A DNA stretch of 54,256 nucleotides, from assembly GCA_021817785.1 (NCBI GenBank), contig JAKAFY010000009.1:1-54256 (forward strand). Reading direction: 5' to 3'. The stretch is from a bacterium. GTDB taxonomy: Bacteria > Patescibacteriota > Microgenomatia > UBA10105 > UBA927. The first letter of the stretch is position 1. Each line of letters starts with the position of its first letter. Made by a program: the position numbers and the translations under genes. The notes under the pieces were generated by a model. The model was not told where the DNA came from, made no database searches, and saw only the letters and a program-made list of their open reading frames with translations. Of this stretch, positions 48,624-54,256 are shown piece by piece.

Positions 48624-49994
48624 ATGTTTCGTAATCCCCGCCGCGTATTTATCCTATTGTGGTTGCTGACAATGGTGCTCGTGTTCGTCGACTTACCGGA
48701 AAACTATCATCTGAAGTTTACGGTTTTCGGGAAAAAAGTTGATCGCATCATCAACCCTCCGTCTATCAACGTCAATCTTTTCGGGATGCAGATTCAAAAA
48801 TCATTTACGACATCGCTGGGGCTTGACCTTGCGGGAGGAAGTCACGTCGCGCTGGAAGCGGACATGACACATATCAAGCCAGCAGACCGCCTGTCTGCGC
48901 TTGAATCCGCCAAAGAAGTCATAGACCGCCGCGTCAATTTTTTCGGAGTGTCCGAGCCGGTGGTGCAGACAGCGGTGGATAATAATTCGTACCGCATTAT
49001 CGTGGAGCTTCCGGGCGTCAGTGATGTGGATCAGGCGATCGCGCTTATCGGGCAGACGGCATTATTGGATTTTCGGGAATTTCTCCCGACACCGCAGGCT
49101 ACCGCATCCGCCTACGTCATACCGACACTGGAAAATACCAAATCAGTGGGAATTACCGGAAAGGATTTGTCCCGCGCAACCATGGATTTCGGCCAACAGA
49201 CCGGGACTCCGGAAGTAGCTTTGGAATTTACCTCGGAAGGCGGCAAAAAATTCGGCGACGTTACCACCCGTTTAGTCGGCAAGCAGCTTGCGATATTTTT
49301 GGATAATATTCCGCTTACCGCGCCGGTCGTGCAGACCCCGATTACGGACGGGCGCGCCGTAGTCACCGGCAACTTTACCCGGGATTCCGCAAATGCGTTA
49401 GCACTACAGTTAAACGCCGGAGCGCTGCCGGTCCCCGTATCGGTTGTGGAGCAGCGGACGGTAGAAGCGACACTGGGAGCCGCATCGGTCGCCCAAAGCA
49501 TCCGGGCGGGAGCCGTAGGGCTTTCGTTGGTAGCACTGTTTATGGTACTGCAGTACGGAAGACTCGGGTTTATCGCGGATATGGCATTGCTTCTCTATGG
49601 TCTCTTGTCCTTTGGCGTCTTTCGTTTGTTGAGTATCACGCTTACGTTACCCGGTATCGCAGGATTTATTTTGTCTATCGGTATGGCAGTAGACAGTAAT
49701 ATTCTGATTTTTGAACGCTACAAAGAAGAACGGTGGAACGGAAAACCCTGGCATATCGCGATAGAGCAGGCGTTCGGAAAAGCGTGGGACAGTATCCGGG
49801 ACGCGAACATTACCACAATCATTACATCGCTTATCCTCTATAATCCGGGTAACTGGGCGTTGTTGCCATCGTCCGGGTTGGTGCGCGGATTTGCGGCGAC
49901 ACTGCTTATCGGCGTGGTGATGAGTTTATTTACCGGCATCGTTGCTACCCGCACGTTTATACGGGTGCTGTATAAGGAGAAAGAAACACTATGA
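48624..49994 (+). CDS. secD: protein translocase subunit SecD
   Basis: LGLDLAGG, RIIVELPG, AGALP, IGMAVDSNILIFER. Confidence 0.97.
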   Translation: MFRNPRRVFILLWLLTMVLVFVDLPENYHLKFTVFGKKVDRIINPPSINVNLFGMQIQKSFTTSLGLDLAGGSHVALEADMTHIKPADRLSALESAKEVIDRRVNFFGVSEPVVQTAVDNNSYRIIVELPGVSDVDQAIALIGQTALLDFREFLPTPQATASAYVIPTLENTKSVGITGKDLSRATMDFGQQTGTPEVALEFTSEGGKKFGDVTTRLVGKQLAIFLDNIPLTAPVVQTPITDGRAVVTGNFTRDSANALALQLNAGALPVPVSVVEQRTVEATLGAASVAQSIRAGAVGLSLVALFMVLQYGRLGFIADMALLLYGLLSFGVFRLLSITLTLPGIAGFILSIGMAVDSNILIFERYKEERWNGKPWHIAIEQAFGKAWDSIRDANITTIITSLILYNPGNWALLPSSGLVRGFAATLLIGVVMSLFTGIVATRTFIRVLYKEKETL

Positions 49995-50869
49995 TCCGAT
50001 TTAGCAAATATATATGGGTATACTTCCTGATTTCCGCACTGGTATTGGTGCCGGGCATATATTCACTGGTTCGATACGGCTTTAAGCCGTCCATCGACTT
50101 TTCCGGCGGGACGCTTGTGGAATTTACGACGAACAAAGATATCACGGTCGATGAAATGAACAAAGCCGCCAAAAATGCCCATGTAGACGTAGCCAGCCTA
50201 CAGAAAGCGGGAACAGAGCATTATCTCCTGCGCATGAAGCCGCAGTCTTCCGGGGTAATTTCCGGATTGATGACCGCCATAGAAGCGGCATCACAGTCCA
50301 AAATTACGATCCAGCGGAACGAAACCGTAGGCCCTATACTCGGAAAGGAATTATTGCAGAAGGCGACGTTTGCCGCTTTGTTTGCTATTTCCGCCATACT
50401 TCTGTACGTGGCATGGGCGTTCAAAAATATAAAATTCGGCATCGCCGCAGTTGTGGCACTGCTTCATGATCTGCTGGTAGTATTGGGGAGTTTCTCGCTG
50501 CTCGGTCATTTTATGGGAGTGGAAGTAGACACATTATTTGTCACGGCATTTCTCACGACCATGAGTTTTTCCGTGCACGATACGATTGTCGTATTCGACC
50601 GTATCCGTGAATACCTCAAGCGGGACCGGTCTCGCTCGTTTGAAGAACTTTGCGATATCGCACTTACCGAAACGATCAACCGGTCGATGACCAACTCGTT
50701 TACGATCATATTCATGTTGACTGCATTAGTCCTTATGGGAGGGGAGACGACGAAATGGTTTGTGGTAGCGCTTCTCATCGGTACCGTATCGGGAACCTAC
50801 TCATCCCCGTTTATCGCGACGCCGGTGCTGCTTTTGTGGGACAGATGGGAGAGAAGGCATAGAAAATAA
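49991..50869 (+). CDS. secF: protein translocase subunit SecF
   Basis: IDFSGG, VGP.LG.EL, SVHDTIVVFDRIRE, GTYSS.FIA. Confidence 0.97.
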   Translation: MIRFSKYIWVYFLISALVLVPGIYSLVRYGFKPSIDFSGGTLVEFTTNKDITVDEMNKAAKNAHVDVASLQKAGTEHYLLRMKPQSSGVISGLMTAIEAASQSKITIQRNETVGPILGKELLQKATFAALFAISAILLYVAWAFKNIKFGIAAVVALLHDLLVVLGSFSLLGHFMGVEVDTLFVTAFLTTMSFSVHDTIVVFDRIREYLKRDRSRSFEELCDIALTETINRSMTNSFTIIFMLTALVLMGGETTKWFVVALLIGTVSGTYSSPFIATPVLLLWDRWERRHRK

Positions 50870-50887
50870 AAGACGTCGGCATCGTCG

Positions 50888-52267
50888 TTACTTCGTTAGT
50901 TCGGATTTTAGTTCATTCATTTTCGAAAGAAGCGCCTCGCGTTCGTTGGGAAGTACTCCCTTTTCCACTTCGGCAAAAAGCGCATCCAGTACATTTCCTA
51001 TGATCGGGCCCGGTTTCACCTCGTAAAGTTTCATGACGTCATACCCGTTTACCTGGAGATCGGATACGGAAAATGGCTGGAGTTGTACTTCTTCCAGTCG
51101 CTTTTTATACAGCTCCAGTCGCCATGACGTTTCGGTGGCGCCTCCGCCCAACCGGTCTCCGATGCGAAGGGCCAGGATGTGTTCCAGATTTTCTTTGCCG
51201 ACACGCTTGATAAAGCGTCTGAGCGCCGCATCCGTTTGCCGTTCGTCGACGCTGAACTGGTGCCAGCGGACCAGGGTGGTAAGCAGGTCGAACTGTTTGT
51301 TGGAAAGCCGCAGACGTCGGGCCACATCACGCGCGATTTTGGTGCTTACCACCTCGTGGTTGTAAAACGTGATGACGCCGTCGGGAAGTACACGGTACGT
51401 TTTGGGCTTTCCGAGATCATGGATGAGCGTTGCCAGCCGCACGATAGGGTCGGAAGACGGGCAGTATTTCAGCGCCATGACCGAGTGGGTTCCCACGTCA
51501 TACATGTGGTGGCGTTTCGGGCTTTTTTGCGGAGTGGCAAACGCCACTTCCAGTTCCGGGAGGATATAGTGGAGGAGGTTCACGTTTTTCAGCACAAGCA
51601 CAGCGTCCGCCGCATGTTCGGATACTAATATCTTCAGAAATTCATCGCGTATCCGTTCGGCCGATATTTCCGTAAGGAGTGCCGCATTGTTTGCTATGGC
51701 CTGCGCGGTTTTTTCCTCGATGGTAAAGCCGAAACGGGCGGCAAACCGCACCGCACGCATCATACGGAGCGCGTCTTCCGCAAACCGTTCGTTTGCATCT
51801 CCGACGGTGCGGATGAGATTGGCTTTTAGGTCGTCCTGCCCGTGGTATGGGTCTACCAATGTTTTGCCGTCAAAGGCTATCGCATTTATGGTAAAGTCCC
51901 GCCGGGACAAATCTTCCAACAGCGTTTTACCCCACACGATTTTGTCCGGGTGCCGGTGATCTTTGTATCCTTCCTCGCTCCTGTACGTTGTTATTTCATA
52001 GATATCTTCTATTTCATCTTTCTGCAAACTGTCTGCGGTGAACTGTTTTCTGATTTTAATTCCCACGGTGCCGAACTGGTTGTCATAAAAGCTGTCGGGG
52101 AACAGTTCAAGAATTTTTTCCGGTACTGCGTTGCTCGTAAAATCCCACCCCTTGGTTTCTTTGCCCAGTAGCAAATCACGCACACTGCCTCCGACGGCAT
52201 AGGCTTCGAAACCCGCCTTTTTCAGGGTGTCTATTATGGTCTGTGCGGATTTGGGAAGGATAATCAT
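50888..52267 (-). CDS. class II tRNA nucleotidyltransferase (CCA-adding family) with HD domain
   Basis: VGGSVRD, DLSRRDFTINA, EDALRMMRAVRF, HDLGK. Confidence 0.92.
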   Translation of the reverse strand: MIILPKSAQTIIDTLKKAGFEAYAVGGSVRDLLLGKETKGWDFTSNAVPEKILELFPDSFYDNQFGTVGIKIRKQFTADSLQKDEIEDIYEITTYRSEEGYKDHRHPDKIVWGKTLLEDLSRRDFTINAIAFDGKTLVDPYHGQDDLKANLIRTVGDANERFAEDALRMMRAVRFAARFGFTIEEKTAQAIANNAALLTEISAERIRDEFLKILVSEHAADAVLVLKNVNLLHYILPELEVAFATPQKSPKRHHMYDVGTHSVMALKYCPSSDPIVRLATLIHDLGKPKTYRVLPDGVITFYNHEVVSTKIARDVARRLRLSNKQFDLLTTLVRWHQFSVDERQTDAALRRFIKRVGKENLEHILALRIGDRLGGGATETSWRLELYKKRLEEVQLQPFSVSDLQVNGYDVMKLYEVKPGPIIGNVLDALFAEVEKGVLPNEREALLSKMNELKSELTK

Positions 52268-52287
52268 GCTGTTAGCTTTGATAGCCC

Positions 52288-52314
52288 GTCATTCCCGCGT
52301 AGGCGGGAATCCAG
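52288..52314. repeat. REP-like palindrome GTCATTCCCGCGTAGGCGGGAATCCAG
   Basis: contains ATTCCC-N8-GGGAAT. Confidence 0.7.
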
Positions 52315-52339
52315 GTATTCTTGTGTTATTATACCTTCT

Positions 52340-54028
52340 ATGGGTAAGAAGTGGCAGATTGCAGGTAAAGTAACCAAGGATCCTTTAGATGAATTATTAC
52401 GCATCAGAGGCCTCGTCACGCCCAAAGATCGAGAGCTATTTTTGAATCCGCCGAATCCGGTTACGCTCTCTCCAAAAGATGTCGGCATTGATGGGGCGGA
52501 GTTGGGCCAAGTACTTAAACGGATCACAAAAGCGATTGAAAAAAAGGAATCCATAGTCGTTTACGCTGATTATGATGCGGACGGTATCACCGCAGGGGCA
52601 GTGATGTGGGAAACATTGTGGAAACTGGGTGCCCGGGTCATGCCGTATATTCCGCACAGGGCAGAGGAAGGCTACGGGTTGTCGGTAAAAGGCATCGATG
52701 CCGTGCGGGAGCAATATGACCCTACGCTCATTATCACCGTCGATCACGGGATCACAGCACATGAAAAAGTGGCATACGCCAAAACCCTCGGGATAGACGT
52801 TATCGTGACCGATCATCATGTCAAGCCGGATAAGGTACCTGATTGTTTACTCGTCCACACGACGCAGCTGGCAGGTAGCGGTGTATCATGGTTCGTCGCA
52901 AAGACGCTGCTGCTTTCAACCCCAGGGGTTGACGAGGCTGGCACGTCCAAGGCTACACTTTCTCACTCAGGCTCAACCCCTGGGGTTGAGGCTATGGATT
53001 TGTTGGCATTGGCGGCACTGGGGACGATTGCTGATCTCGTGCCGCTTACCGGTGCCAACCGTGCTATCGCTAAATACGGCATGGCGGCGATGAAAACAAC
53101 GCACAGAGTCGGGCTCAATGCGCTTATGGCGGACGCAGGGATCACGAAGGAGGGGATAGAAACGTATATGATTTCCCACATGCTGGCGCCCAGGCTTAAC
53201 GCCATGGGGAGGCTCGAGCATGCGCTCGATGCCCTACGCCTTTTGTGCACTACCGATGAAGCGAAAGCAAAAGTACTGGCGGAAAAGCTTGGGATGACCA
53301 ACAAAGAACGGCAGCAGCTTACGGAAGATACCGTCGTACACGCACACACCATACTCCCGGACACATCCAAAAAACTTATTTTTATCGCGCATGAAAGTTA
53401 TAACCAGGGCATCATTGGTTTAGTCGCAGGGAAGTTGGTGGAAGAGTACTACCGCCCGGCAATTGTGATTGCCAAAGGCGGGGAATTTTCGAAAGCGTCA
53501 GCCAGGTCGATAACCGGATTTAATATCATCGAAGCGATCCGCACGTGCACCGACTTATTGGTGGACGCGGGCGGGCATCCTATGGCTGCAGGATTTACCG
53601 TGGAGACAAAAAAAATCGAAAAGCTGAAAACGAAAATGGAAAAGCTGGCTGAAAAGGTACTACGCGATGAATTACTCATCCGTACGCTAAAGATAGATAT
53701 GGAAATTCCGGTGACGATGATCAAAGAGACGCTGTGGAAACAAATTCAGTCTATGGCGCCGTTTGGCATAGGTAACCCCGAGCCGGTGTTTGCTAGTAAA
53801 AACGTGAAGCTTACGGATACGCGCCTCATCGGGGCGACAAAGAAACATCTGAAGTTTAAAGTAAATACTCCCATAGGTCCTATTGATGCCATCGGCTTTA
53901 ATATGGCCGATATTCAGACCAAACTAAAGCCGGGAGAACCCGTAGATGTCGCGTATACGATCGATATGAATGAATGGAACGGAAGAAGAAACATACAGCT
54001 TAAAGTGAGAGATATTCTTGTCGGTTAG
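52340..54028 (+). CDS. recJ: single-stranded-DNA exonuclease RecJ
   Basis: DYDADG, TDHH, LGTIAD, PRLNAMGR, GGHPMAAG, PFGIGNPEP. Confidence 0.98.
   Translation: MGKKWQIAGKVTKDPLDELLRIRGLVTPKDRELFLNPPNPVTLSPKDVGIDGAELGQVLKRITKAIEKKESIVVYADYDADGITAGAVMWETLWKLGARVMPYIPHRAEEGYGLSVKGIDAVREQYDPTLIITVDHGITAHEKVAYAKTLGIDVIVTDHHVKPDKVPDCLLVHTTQLAGSGVSWFVAKTLLLSTPGVDEAGTSKATLSHSGSTPGVEAMDLLALAALGTIADLVPLTGANRAIAKYGMAAMKTTHRVGLNALMADAGITKEGIETYMISHMLAPRLNAMGRLEHALDALRLLCTTDEAKAKVLAEKLGMTNKERQQLTEDTVVHAHTILPDTSKKLIFIAHESYNQGIIGLVAGKLVEEYYRPAIVIAKGGEFSKASARSITGFNIIEAIRTCTDLLVDAGGHPMAAGFTVETKKIEKLKTKMEKLAEKVLRDELLIRTLKIDMEIPVTMIKETLWKQIQSMAPFGIGNPEPVFASKNVKLTDTRLIGATKKHLKFKVNTPIGPIDAIGFNMADIQTKLKPGEPVDVAYTIDMNEWNGRRNIQLKVRDILVG
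52916..52990. repeat. pair of 17-nt palindromes inside recJ
   Basis: TCAACCCCAGGGGTTGA (52916-52932) and TCAACCCCTGGGGTTGA (52973-52989). Confidence 0.85.
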
Positions 54029-54078
54029 TTCCCTTATTCCCCGAACTTCCATATCACCCAAAAAGTATTTCATAACAA

Positions 54079-54129
54079 ATAAACCCCGCGTTATCTGCAG
54101 CGCTATTGCCGCATAAACACGGGGTTTAT
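54079..54129. terminator. long inverted repeat downstream of recJ, possible terminator
   Basis: ATAAACCCCGCGTT...AACACGGGGTTTAT. Confidence 0.5.
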
Positions 54130-54185
54130 GGTGTTTCATACATCATACGTTCCTCCCATCCACCAAATGCTCACGGGTGAACCGT

Positions 54186-54220
54186 GTCATTGCGATCCCG
54201 CGTAGCGGGAGAAGCAATCT
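54186..54220. repeat. REP-like element GTCATTGCGA-[TCCCGCGTAGCGGGA]-GAAGCAATCT
   Basis: nested hairpin; shares the GTCATT start and CCCGCGTAG core with 52288-52314. Confidence 0.65.
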
Positions 54221-54256
54221 GGTTCATCCGTAGGAAAAAGGTGGATAAAAGATAAA

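Noticed and set aside
53924-54139. Minus-strand 71-aa ORF
   Set aside because: Overlaps the recJ 3' end and an inverted repeat; no motif support
1-54256. Stop-codon reassignment, introns or inteins in core genes
   Set aside because: fusA and map end at TGA at their expected lengths, and all core ORFs including recA are uninterrupted

Overview
A core-genome segment of a Patescibacteria (CPR) bacterium, probably Microgenomates-like. The assignment is inferred from the missing uL30 between rpsE and rplO, an N-terminally shortened uL2, the gene set and the repeat types. Standard genetic code. About 24 kb is the fusA-tuf-S10-spc-alpha-rplM/rpsI superoperon, interrupted by cmk and by a 4 kb alkaline-phosphatase-superfamily cassette. 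To its left are dipZ and three tandem non-canonical sulfatase-like paralogs. To its right are trmH, tRNA-Pro(GGG), an SPFH protein, recA-recX-rny, HU, two HAD hydrolases, miaB-miaA, RNase P RNA, comM, secD-secF, a CCA enzyme and recJ. The best candidate for an undescribed system is a ~110-nt RNA element (hairpin plus two tandem H-type pseudoknots plus a strong SD) present in two diverged but pairing-preserving copies: one before HU, one before a 46-aa basic zinc-ribbon protein absent from the ORF track. Several short palindromic repeat families have also entered RNase P RNA, the recJ reading frame and a duplicated tRNA half. All calls come from motif recognition and hand alignment; no searches or folding programs were run.
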